Below are positions 1-11,074 of a DNA stretch of 64,000 nt, one piece after another. The stretch covers positions 372,001 to 436,000 of the forward strand of contig MU061092.1 of NCBI GenBank assembly GCA_013265495.1. The letters are read 5' to 3'. Source of the DNA: Vicugna vicugna (taxonomy: Eukaryota). Below the pieces are notes generated by a model. It was given only the letters and a program-made list of their open reading frames with translations. It was not told the origin of the DNA and searched no databases. Positions within the stretch are counted from its first letter, which is position 1. Each line of letters begins with the position of its first letter. Both the position numbers and the translations under genes were made by a program.

Positions 1-1178
1 TTTTTTCACTGGATGCTGTATTTTGAGCATTTGGCCGCACTGTAAAACGCTCTTCGCGAGCATGTTAAGTGGCTAGTGAGTAACACCCGTCTTTCCGCCT
101 TCTTGCCAGGCGTGGCCGTGCAGACACGGAACCAACTCCTTAAAACGGGTGCTTCGGAAGTCGGAGTTTTCACCAAACCCACTATTCTGCCTGAACCTCT
201 GAAGGTGGGGAGCCTCCCCGGGCGGGGAGGGGCCCTGCGCTGCCTGCGCTCTGTGCTCCCACGACTCGAAGTCGCAGGAAAGAATCCACCCTGAGCACCC
301 TTCTGTGAGAGAGGTCGGGCAGGGACGTCACAATTGCACGGGGGCGAGACCGGCGGGACACGCGGACCCCCGCTCCGGAGCGTGGGGCGTCCCCCTGCCC
401 GTCGAGACCCAGGCTGCGTCCCCCTCGGGTCTCGCAGGAAGGGCGCCTGCTGGACTGATGGCAGCCGGGGGAGGGACGCCCACTTCCTGCACCACAGGAG
501 CCCGCTGCCCGGGCCGGGCGGCTGGGACTGACGACAGCAGTCCACACGTAACAGCTGGTGCGTCTCTGACGGGGACGCCAGGTGGCTCGGCCGTCTCCCA
601 GCCTGCGCTTGAGTGATGCGAGCTCGTTAAAGCCAGGTGTTCTGGGTTCCAAGTGCCCGTGTCGAATACACAAAGCCTTGGATGCCTCACTCACTCACTC
701 ACCAAACAACGGGCACCTTCCCGCTCGGCTGAGCGTCCGTCGGTGACGTTGTGAACACTGCGTCTTTTAAACCCACCAGCTTCACCCCCACGGATTAAGC
801 TGCGCCTCAGACCGTCTCTGTCTTCCCCTCAGGCCCTCACTGAGCACGGCCAGGTCCTCTCTCCTCCACACCAGCCGCGCACACGGGGGAAGCATCAGTG
901 AGCCCCACGTGGACTCACGCCAACTCGGGGAGAAGGCGGGTCAGTTATTAATTTGCACTCGGAGAGGAGCTACAGGGGCCGTCCTGCCCTGGCCACGGAG
1001 GGTAAACACGGCCAGGGGGTCACCGTCCTAACTGGCCGTGAGGGAACGCTGGCACTGGGAGGAGAGGCAGGACTCGTGCCGCGCGGTTCTCTCCTGATCT
1101 CAGGAGGGCTTTCTGGCCCTCCCTCAGGAGCCGCGGTGCAGCGCGTTGGGCCCCCCCGCTCCTGCCATGGCGACTTAC

Positions 1179-1400
1179 CCCGGAATCCAGGCGGGCCTCT
1201 CTCTCCCGGAGGACCTCTCAGTCCAGGGTGTCCAGGCAGTCCAGCGTCTCCCCGGGGCCCGGGCTGGGCCCCCAGGACTTCTCCAGGAAGGCCCCTGTCC
1301 CCCGGGGGCCCAACTGGCCCTGGCAGGCCTGAGGGACCTGCGGCCCCATCCAGGCCAGGGGGGCCTACTGCGCCTTTGGATCCTCGGGGCCCCACGAACC
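1179..1400 (-). CDS. COL4A2: COL4A2 exon 29 (222 nt): (G)[73 protein letters not shown](G)
   Basis: Acceptor CCTGCAG, donor GGG|GTAAGT; embedded in ORF 970-1446; contains RGD. Confidence 0.97.
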
Positions 1401-4166
1401 CTGCAGGGAAACACAAGTCATCCCCGTCACCGGAGGGCGGCGTCACGGCGTTCTAAGAGAGGTCCGAGCAAGAGGCAGGAGGCAGCCGGGGCTGGCCCTG
1501 GGCAGCCAGCTTGAGCCCTGGCCCGTCGCTGGCCGCCCTCCGCCGTCTGGCCCCAGCCCTACGATCTGGCTAAGGAGGACACAGCCTCTGAGCTTAAATC
1601 TTCGTCATTCCCAGGACCCTGTGTTGTGCAAATAATCCCAGAGAAGAGTTTCCAGGCCGTGTGTGCAGGCAGAGCCCAGCAGGCCAGGACAGCCAGACCC
1701 TCAGAGCCCAAACTCTGCCACCATAACTCCCCCTGCTACTAAACCCCTGGTCATCGGTCAGTTCAGAGATGCTCTGAAGGGGACTCGACACCCCCATTGC
1801 CTCCTGCCACCTGCCACGTCCAGGCGGAGGCCCGCGTGGCCACGTGCTGGGAGAGTTGTGACTTTCCTGGATGCGTGGGCTATGGCCTCACCACACCACG
1901 TCCCCGCTCAGGCCCTCCCCGCGATGTGACCTCAGACTGAACTGCAAGAGTGACAGTCACACGTCGGTCCAGACAGAAAGCCTCCGAGGTCACTGCTGCC
2001 ACGGCTGCAGGTGGGTGTGTGGGAAGCACAGAGCCCTCCCCCCGACCCGTGGGGTGAGCCTGACGGAAAGCTGCCACCTCCCGGGATGGCGGGCTGACCG
2101 TGGCAGCCATGTCGGGAACGTGGAACAAGGCTAACCCGAGTACTGATCAGCTGGATCACGTGACTTCCGCACAGGAGGAGGGGGCTTTTGTGGAAACGAT
2201 GAATCTGCTCACGGGAACAGTGGGCTTCACTCTGCATGTGGACCTTCTCTCTGGAATGGACTTCCTCTGGGTTTTGCCATCTTTGAAGGTGGGCCTTTCA
2301 TTTTCTTCCGCACGTGGTGGTGGGAGCATCCGGCACATTCCATCCCCATAAAAAGGGATGTGTGTTTCGAGCCTGGAAGCTCAGTTCCTCGTTTGCGCTT
2401 CCCTCTGGTCTCCCCAACCTCCCGCTTCACTCGGGGGCTACACTTCACTGCACAACAGGCTCTCTACACCTGGTGACCTGCCGTCTACACCCGGTGGCCT
2501 GCCCAGATCCTCTGATGACAGCACACAGCCTCCTTTCTCACTCCAGGCTGTTCAAGTCTGCTTGGCTGGGCATCAGATTCTAAGATTACGACTCACCCTT
2601 CTTATTCAAAGCCAGGAGGTTTTAAGAAATTAGCATCTTCTCAAAACAATTCACACTTAACTTCAGGATCTGTGATATCACCAAAGTGACAGAGCTGTAA
2701 CTTCTAAACCCCCGAGCGTGGCAGCAGACTGGTACCATCTGAGCCTCTGGTATGTGGGCAGAAACACTCTCCTTCGCTTCTCTCCAAAGGCTTGATAAAG
2801 GACCCAGGGACCATGCCTCCTGACTTTGCAAACCACGAAGAGGCACCAGCACGAAAGGCACCAGCTTCGAGGTCTGCAGCAGCCTCTGTGGGCTGCAGCA
2901 CCGGACCCAGGACCCACGCAAAGTCCAATGCTGAGGAGTCAACCAACTGCCGGTAAAACGCGATTCATCTTTGCTGAAAACATTTGCTCGGGGCTAAATC
3001 TACGGAGCCTGCTGTTCTGTGTGGCAGTCCGGACGTCTGGAGTGTTCCATTTAGTTTCTGGAGCTGAGTTTGAAAGGAATGCTGACAAGCCGGAGGGCAA
3101 TCATGGAGGGGCAGTCAGAATGCTGGGGGCACGGAGGTTATGCCAGAAAGAGAAAGTTCGCATTCCTGGGGTCGGCTCTGCCCGTTCACGAGATGTCCGT
3201 GGGGAACGTGGCCGGGTTCCGGGTGTCCGTGAGGCCCGGTTATGAAGAGAACTGCTGGCTCAAGGAACAACCAGCGAACAGCCTCGGAGGAGGCAGACTT
3301 CACCCCAGCCGAGCAAGGACTCCCCAGCAGTGAGAGAGAGTCGGTGTTCCACAGGTGCTGGCGGCAGGAGTGACTCCAGCAGAGGCTGGGAGAGCACGTG
3401 GCCGGGACCTGGCGGGAGACGTCCAGCTTGGGTGGCCTTGGTGACTTCCACGGCTTTGTCTAGGTAACGCGGTTCCCCAGCGCCCGGGCCTCTGCGCACA
3501 GGCAGCACGGCCACGCCCCCGCGCAGCGCCCCGGCCGGCGCCACCGAGGGGCACCCAGGTCTGAGGCCACTGAGCCGTGTTCTAGAACACGCAGGCCCCC
3601 AGGCAGGTACTTCCGACCTCTCACCGCAGTTCACTCCTGGAAACACGTTCATTTTCCTCCACATGGAGCTTAAAGGATTCAGCTCTTTTAGTCCCTAAAT
3701 GGCTTTCATGATTCTTTGCTGCGTCAAATGTAGATGGAATGGTTCAAACTGTTCACTCAGACGAGCTGCAGACTGTGGTGCGGGCAGGCGGCGCTGTGAC
3801 CCGCAAAAGCACAGGTGCTCTGTGTGGCGCTCGGTGTGCGAGCAGCAGGCCAGGACTGGACGATGAGCCATAATGACAAGACCAGGAGAGGGCGACATCG
3901 TGCGCCCTTAGAATGTTCCATACCGACCAGGGCAAAACCCCTCTGCGCCCCGTCCCCTTGTCCTGCAAGATCTGTAAGTTTCTTCTGCTGGCACGACGTC
4001 AGTGATGAAGAGGTCGTTCTTTAATTTCCCAAGGGCGAGAACAGAAGCTGTCACCGAGCGTTTGTCGAAACAGTTTCTAAGCGTTAAACGGCACTAGTGC
4101 TGGGCACCCCGATCACACAGTCACCTCCCGAATCTAGGGGGCCAGGGGTGTCCCACCCCGACTCAC

Positions 4167-4274
4167 CTGGGGGTCCTGGGAATCCCTCCCGGCCCGGGTC
4201 TCCCGGGAGACCCTTGAGCCCTGGTGATCCGTCAGCTCCGGACAATCCTGGAATCCCTCTGAGGCCTTTGACAC
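4167..4274 (-). CDS. COL4A2: COL4A2 exon 28 (108 nt): (G)[35 protein letters not shown](G)
   Basis: Acceptor TGTTTAG, donor CAG|GTGAGT. Confidence 0.97.
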
Positions 4275-4473
4275 CTAAACAGCCCAAAACCAAGACACGG
4301 TCAGAGCCCCACGAGGCAAGCCCAGCAGGACGCGAGCAGCAGAGGGTCAAGTCCGCGCCTGACTTAACACGGCGTCTATGAAACCAGGAAGTGAGGAGGC
4401 TGGGGGACGTCAACTCTGAAACAGGACCTGTGACAGCCAAGGGACGACCAGCTCGGCCAAGGGTCAGTCTGCA

Positions 4474-4963
4474 CCGGAAACTAAGTGTCTGTCTACACCA
4501 GCAACTAAGTGTCGTCTACCCGGGAAACTAAGTGTCCGTCTACACCAGCAACTAAGTGTCGTCTACCCGGGATACAAGTGTCTGTCTACACCAGCAACTA
4601 AATGTCGTCTACCCGGGAAACTAAGTGTCCGTCTACACCAGCAACTAAGTGTCGTCTACCCGGGATACAAGTGTCCGTCTACACCAGCAACTAAATGCCA
4701 TCTACACGGGAAACTAAGTGTCCGTCTACACCAGCAACTAAGAGTCATTTACCCGGGAAACTAAGTGTCCGTCTACACCAGCAACTAAGAGTCCGTCTAC
4801 CTGGGAAACCAAGTGTCCGTCTACACCAGCAACTAAGTGTCGTCTACCAGGGAAACAAGTGTCCGTCTACACCAGCAACTAAGTGTCGTCTACCCAGGAA
4901 ACTAAGTGTCCGTCTACACCAGCAACTAAGAGTCCGTCTACCTGGGAAACCAAGTGTCCGTCT
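4474..4963. repeat. Minisatellite, about 10.5 copies of a 47-bp unit made of two related 23-24 bp subunits
   Basis: Unit CCGGGAAACTAAGTGTCCGTCTAC + ACCAGCAACTAAGTGTCGTCTAC; 10 ACCAGCAACT subunits counted. Confidence 0.95.
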
Positions 4964-5390
4964 CCCCCACGATTGTGTGGACAAACCCCAGCCCTGATGA
5001 TCTGTTGTCGTCTCACTCAAAACCCCAAAGAAATAATCCCCCAGCGTCGATCCTCTTCCCATAACCCTGGGACACAAAGGGATAAAAGCACAGAGCTAGC
5101 TGTCCTGTCCCAGCCTTAAAGGGGCGCCTCTGTCTCTGGCCACCAGGTCGGGCTGGAGCTGAGGCTTGAGTTCTGTGTGGCAGGGACCCTCTCTCTTAGC
5201 CTGGGGTTCAGTCGCCACTGACTTTCCTAGAGACGAGAGGAAGTCGGCTTCCTAAGGAAGCTGCCAATGTGCAGTGGGGTACTGAGAACACAGCGACGTC
5301 CGAGCGGGGCCACGTGGGGCAGAGGAAGGCGAGCAGAGGGGAGGGGGTGGTGCAGACGCGCAGAGAGAGGCTGGAGGTGCCCTTCCTTAC

Positions 5391-5447
5391 CTGGGGCGCC
5401 TGGGGGGCCCGGCAGGCCTGGCGATCCCTTGGGCCCTCCGATGCAAC
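5391..5447 (-). CDS. COL4A2: COL4A2 exon 27 (57 nt): (G)CIGGPKGSPGLPGPPGAP(G)
   Basis: Acceptor CTCCCAG, donor CAG|GTAAGG. Confidence 0.97.
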
Positions 5448-6969
5448 CTGGGAGGAGAGAAAGGGAGAGCTGTAGCCGCCTTCAACACCGAGCCCCGCGG
5501 CTTCAGGTGTTGCCAAGGTCCAGAGCACCAGCCACAGAAAGCAGCTGCCATCTTATGATCAGGGTGATCTAACGACTTGATGAACCTTGATGCCGATGGG
5601 ATTAGAAGTTTAACTTCATCGTGTGACCAAGTCAGAAATTCATATGAAATGCAAATGAGACTGGGCGCCGTGCTGGCCGAGGTCCCCCCTCACGGAGGGC
5701 AACACCCACACGCAGCCGCCATCCATCCCCGTCAGTCCAAGTGAATCCCTTTCCTTGGCTGGAAATGCACCCCTGGGACAGAGGAGGCTTCTGATTTCAA
5801 AAGGAATTCTTTGGCTTCTCCTTTGTGACTCTGGCTACTTTCGGAATTAGCCATAGTAACTCCCTGCTGTGAGCGGTGCAGAAGGAAACCCCGTGGCAGC
5901 CACTTGTGGCTGGTGACACTGTGCGGGGGGGGGGGGCAGGGAAAAGCAGGCCCAGCAGTTCCTGGGGACGTCCCTGGTCTGTCTGCCTGTGACTTGGGAG
6001 GGCTCCTATCTTGGCTAGACAATGGCCAAAGAGGGGCTTTGGCCACCTCTATCATCCGAGGGGTCTGGGTGCAGAGCTCAGCACAGGTCGTAAAAGGAAG
6101 GAGCCTGGCTGTGGCCCGGGGGCTCTGCCTCGGGCCCACAGAGCCTCACACCAGCTCTCTCCAAGCCCTGGGTCGCCATCCCTGCTCTGCGTCCCCCGCC
6201 CTGAGCGCCTGGCCCGTTCCCACACGCACGCAGGGGACCCTGGATTCTGGTGCTGCTTCCGATCCTGGCCTTTATCTGGAGAGTTTTGCCCAAACTCTCA
6301 ACTGTCACTTGGGAGCTGCCGTACAGATGTGCTGCTGGCCCCTTCGCCTCCGCCAAACTCATCCTCTCTGCTCCACTCCCCAAAATCCTGATCGTGGATC
6401 CTGCGTCCCCTCCTGTCCTGGACTCAGAGCTCTCCTGGGCCCCCCACCTCCATGTCCAAGTCCACCCTGGCTGGAGACATTGTCTGTCCGATGGCAGCCG
6501 GGCCAACTTCTGGATGGTCCCTCTCCTCTTAGTCCCTCACTAAGTCCAGGTCACCTGCACCCTGTCCTCATCCTCAGCCCTGCCCCTCCCAGCATTCATC
6601 TCTCGCTGGACCAGACTTCTCACAGACACCTGGACTCAGTCCTCACCCTGCAAACAAGCAAGCAATTCACAGCTGCCCTTCACACACACAGAGACGTGCT
6701 TTAGGTATGAATGTACTTACCTGCGGAATTCTCACCGACATTACGAACTGACGCTTTGTACCGTGGGGACACCTTAGTGACCCAATGGTTCTCACGTCTG
6801 CCCTGCCATTAATTCTGAGCTGAGGCAGATGGAGCGCAGCTCCAGGGCCGCACGCGTTTGTGCTTCTGGCGGCAGCTCCATGCCCACGGCCGGGGCTCAC
6901 ACCTGTTCCTCATGAGCCCACACTCCACACCCCGAGAGCTCTAAGGCCACCTGGCGGGGATCGCAGTAC

Positions 6970-7029
6970 CTGGCTGGATGGTCTCCTGTCCATCTGCTCC
7001 GATGGGCCTTTTCACACCTGTATCACAAT
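6970..7029 (-). CDS. COL4A2: COL4A2 exon 26 (60 nt): (D)CDTGVKRPIGADGQETIQP(G), non-collagenous disulfide loop
   Basis: Acceptor GTGCCAG, donor CAG|GTACTG; matches the alpha2(IV) long Cys-bounded interruption. Confidence 0.95.
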
Positions 7030-7410
7030 CTGGCACAAGACACAGGGACAGAGTGAGGCGACTGTGTGACAACGGGAAGTGACTGGCGTGTCCTGAGTGT
7101 GGGGTGGGGAGGCTGGGATGGGCAGGGAATCAGAGGCCCATTGCTGAACTTCCGTGCTCAGCCTCTGTGAGTCCAGCACAGAGGAGAGGCCCCATGTTCC
7201 AACTGGTGGGAGGAGGCTGCAATGGGTCCAGAAAACCCCGCAGCTGGGTGTCGCTTGGATGTGCTGAGAACCAATGGTGCGACAGACACAGCGTCTCCTG
7301 TGGCCGCCCCCACCCCCTGGGGAATTCACACGCTGCCCAGGAAGAACAGGGATGTTGAAGCATGAACAGCGTCTCATGACTGGAAGCCACAGGCGTGGGA
7401 CCCTCCATAC

Positions 7411-7612
7411 CTATTTGTCCCGGAGTGCCTGGGGGGCCAGGAGGCCCAGGGAAGCCTGGCGGTCCAGGTAATCCAGCATCTCCGGGGAAACCGCGGTCGC
7501 CTTTGGGGCCAGGCAGGCCCAGTCCTGGGGGGCCGCTTTCTCCTGGAATGCCCTTGGTGCCGGGTGCTCCTGGGTAGCCTGCATCCCCTGGGGGGCCTTT
7601 GATGCCATCACC
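7411..7612 (-). CDS. COL4A2: COL4A2 exon 25 (202 nt): [67 protein letters not shown](D)
   Basis: Acceptor CTCCTAG, donor TAG|GTATGG. Confidence 0.97.
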
Positions 7613-8257
7613 CTAGGAGAGATTCGGTTTAGCGTGTACCATATACGGAAACTTCACATTCAGCCATATTCCCAGCTCCCCTCCCTGTCCCCCGAATTCT
7701 GTGCTATGGATATGGATACAGAGCAGGAAGACGGCAGAGGCGAGCAGGAACCGGCACCCATGGTCTGACCAAGTCCCAGAAACAAAGGACAGACTATAGC
7801 AGCCACGAGCAACACACTAGAATGCAGTTCTGGAAGGCGTATGAGTCTGTTTTTCTTTTTCCGAGCCACTAGCGCCCTGCTTGGACCTTCATTCTCAGTG
7901 AGAATTCTGCAGGAGGACAGTTAGGCACAGATTTGGAACAACAGGAACAGGAATGCGTTGTTTTACTGTCAAGATTTAGCGTTTGTGACCCATCGGAAAC
8001 AGAAAGGGAGTCTGGTCTGGACAAGAGAGAGCAGTGTGCTCATTAGAAGTAAGAAGAGATGGTAGGATGGAGGAGCAGGAAGCTGGGCCCCGTCCTGCTC
8101 AGGAAGCCACTCAGCAGGTGCGGAAGCCGGGGGTGGGGCCAGAGCGCTCAGAGGGGAGGGGCCAGGAGAGCCAGGGGTTAGGACGGTGCTGAGGGCACCC
8201 GGAGGGCAGGCTGGGGTCCGGGAGGGGGGAGGGGGAGTCCAGCCCCAGCGGTGTCCA

Positions 8258-8346
8258 CCCTCCCCCGTCTGGCTCCGCCCTCCCCCGTCTGGCTCCGCCC
8301 TCCTCCGTCTGGCTCCGCCCTCCCCGTCTGGCTCCGCCCTCCCCCG
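8258..8346. repeat. Minisatellite, about 4.5 copies of CCCTCCCCCGTCTGGCTCCG (20 bp)
   Basis: Read directly; third copy has one substitution, fourth copy is 19 bp. Confidence 0.93.
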
Positions 8347-8704
8347 AGGGCTCTGCAGGTTTTCAGACATCCTCTTTCCACCACCTGCATGTCTATGTCA
8401 AAAATGAAGCTTCATATTTTATAACTGATCCTGGGAAACGGCGCTCTACCCTGTGTCCTAGAGCGTCCTGCCTCGTTCTCCGCTGCGCCAGGAGGGATGT
8501 TTACGGGCTGTTTCTTGTAAACGTTCCCTCTTGGCTTGGCTTCCAGCCTGACTCACTGTTTCCTGAAAACTACGATCTCTGCTCATTAAAAGAGGACGGT
8601 TTGCCAGGGAGGGTTCAGTGCGGAGCCAGCACGTCCAGCTCGGGCGTGCGGGGACATGACCCATCAGCGTGGGGCTGGGCCACCCCACCCCCGCGGTGAC
8701 TCAC

Positions 8705-8811
8705 AGGAGGGCCTGGGAGGCCCGGGAAGCCATCGAGTCCATCTCGCCCTGGGAAGCCATCGTCCCCTTTCGTCCCTGGCACACCTGGGACACCGGGCTG
8801 TCCTCGCTCAC
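8705..8811 (-). CDS. COL4A2: COL4A2 exon 24 (107 nt): (G)[35 protein letters not shown]
   Basis: Acceptor TTCCCAG, donor CCT|GTGAGT; 86-nt intron from exon 23. Confidence 0.97.
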
Positions 8812-8897
8812 CTGGGAAAGGATTGCAGTGTGAGTCTACTCAGGCCGGCAGCCCGGGAAGGGGGACGGTCCACAGATTCCTGGCCACAAAGACTGAC

Positions 8898-8970
8898 CTT
8901 TGGTGGTGATTGTTCTGGAATCTCCCTTTACTCCTTTGGGCCCAGGAGGTCCAGTCTCACCAGGGGCTCC
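8898..8970 (-). CDS. COL4A2: COL4A2 exon 23 (73 nt): [24 protein letters not shown](G)
   Basis: Acceptor TCCACAG, donor AAG|GTCAGT. Confidence 0.97.
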
Positions 8971-9197
8971 CTGTGGACACAAACACAAAGTCTCTTTCTC
9001 CTTCCTACTGTTAGGGCACCTGGGAAGACAATGACTTTCCGTTTATACAACTCGAGGGTCTTTATCTGTCATCAAGCCCAGAGCCAGAGACCTCTGTCCC
9101 TGGCCGCCTGGCCCAGCACCACCCATCACAAAAGGCTTTGAGTGCTCGAATGTGGCCAGTGTGCCTGAGGCCCTGCATTTTTAATTTTAGTCGAAAC

Positions 9198-9250
9198 TTT
9201 TTTTTCCTATGGTGGTAGTGGGGGTTGAACCACTGAGCTATACCCTCCCC
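9198..9250 (-). mobile_element. Internally deleted vic-1-type SINE
   Basis: Minus strand GGGGAGGGTATAGCTCAGTGGTTCAACCCCCACTACCACCATAGGAAAAAAAA: A box fused directly to B box. Confidence 0.75.
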
Positions 9251-9324
9251 ACAGTGGTCAAAACTTAATGGAAGTAGCCACACACGGCTGGACAGTGAAA
9301 ACCAGAACAAAGGATGGTCCCCAG

Positions 9325-9445
9325 ATGGGTAGCCCAGCTTCCCGGGGGCTTGTTAGGAATGCAGAGCCTCCGGCCCCACCCCAGGGCACCTGAACCACAA
9401 TTTGCATTTCAGCAAAATCCCGGGGGTTCATAAACTCAGTGACTT
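9325..9445. mobile_element. MER5A-like hAT-Charlie DNA transposon relic
   Basis: GGGCTTGTTAGGAATGCAGAGCCTCCGGCCCCACCCCAG...TTTGCATTTCAGCAAAATCCC. Confidence 0.75.
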
Positions 9446-11074
9446 TGATTTACTATTTTTATTTAGTTTTTATTTTATTGGTGTTTTTGGTTGTTGTTTC
9501 TGTTGTTAATGGAGGTTCCGCCCCCAGCGTGAGCTCACTAACTCTGCAGAAGCTATGCGCTCCCACACCAGGCTGCTAGCTCTAACCCCGGCTTTGTGGA
9601 GCCCAGGCAAGAAGCAGGCCTCCAAGCACAAAGCAGGGGTACTTGGGGCCGTTTGACACAGAGAACAAGACAGCCTGTCTTCCTAACTGAAGGGAACCAA
9701 GGTTTAGAGACAATTCTTCGCAGGAACACACTTCAAGCTGTACACCCTCGTTCGGGTCTTTCAGTGAGCAGAAGCTAGCCGCTGAAGACCTCAGGGCGCG
9801 TTTTAATGAGCGCGATACGTTAGTTTGGGACAAGTCTTGGTTGCTGTTATTCACAAGAAGATGGGAACTTTTAGTGTTGGTTTCATTAAATGGAATGTTT
9901 CAGGTGATTATGAGCTCTTTCCTCCGAAAAAAATTCCACAGGCACTTGATGTATTGATTCAGTTCTTTGCAGGGAAGGGTGACATTCTTTCAGTGTCCAG
10001 AACAGCGTCTCACACCCAGGAGGCGCTGGGCGAATGGATGGGCGCGTGGACTCATTCACTGACCGCCTGCTGCGCTCCGAGCCTCCATCAGACCCTACTG
10101 GTGTGCATAGAAGGTGACGTCTGGGTACACGCTCAGGCGTTCCTGTGGCGATGTGACCGGCGACACGTAAACGTATAATTAGATGCAAGGTAGACACGTT
10201 ACCTAGGTGTTTGAACACACGTGCTGTGGATGCGCAAACACCCTGGTGAAAGCACGTGCCCTCGGGAGAGTGTAGACACAACACAGGCACAAAATGCGAT
10301 GACTCTGACTTCTAGGCAATATTCAGCCATTTTACAAACAGTCGAAGATCCCACAGGTTCTGCCCTGTTTAGTTTGGAGTCTCACCACGGACACTTTTTC
10401 TGAACATTTGAACAACATGCTGAGACGGCCATGACTTGGAGACGGTATCATTTTTAAACTAGGAGAAAATGTAGCACCGACTGTTCGGCTGAATACAATG
10501 ACTTGTCTCCTGAGGAGCCCCGGGCACTGGAGCAGCGAGGTGCTCTGCACCCCGTCTTCTCCGCAAAGCTCCTGCCCACGAAGCCCTCCTGCGCCAGCAG
10601 CTCTGAGCAGCCACCATGTCGCTGCGTCTGGACACGGAGTCACAGCATCTTAACCGTCCTTGGCCACGTGCCCTGGGCACTGGTTCCTCTACTGCTGAGA
10701 ACATCGAACAACAGCTTTTCGCTTCACGCATCTCTTGCAGTTCTCTACTTAAAAATAAATCAGAAATATAATTTCTATGCCTTCACCTGAAATTTGCTTT
10801 GAATCGTTGGTGAGTTAAGACCTGCCACAGAGAAAGAGCTGCTCCACGGTCTTTTCGTAAGAAGTGGAATGAAGTCCACTGGGCTGTGGGACGCCCAGGG
10901 GTCCGTGGGCAGAGCATCATTCACCCAAAGTAAATGCACGGTTCACTTGGAAGTCTCACTTTTTGTTGAGTTAAGGGAGACTTTATAAAAAGCTAAATCG
11001 GTCCTACGCTAAATTTCAAGAGGTGAATGCTCAGTATGTAAGATACTTTACATTCAAATGCTAGCAGGGTTGTT

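Noticed and set aside
953-1514. Long plus-strand Gly/Pro-rich ORFs over collagen exons (also 4097-4381, 7395-7577, 11773-12063, 39452-39748)
   Set aside because: Shadow ORFs: the reverse complement of GGN-CCN codons lacks stops and mimics collagen. The splice signals are on the minus strand.
4474-4963. CRISPR-like repeat array
   Set aside because: No unique spacers; it is a continuous tandem repeat in a mammalian intron
4695-5119. Repetitive ORFs (GKLSVRLHQQL / TKCPSTPA repeats)
   Set aside because: Translations of the 47-bp minisatellite; no splice or start context
5904-6704. Longest non-collagen ORF (266 aa) and other 100-240 aa ORFs such as 13593-14240, 30715-31434 and 62492-63118
   Set aside because: Low-complexity P/S/A/R/G composition expected from GC-rich intronic DNA; no recognisable domain
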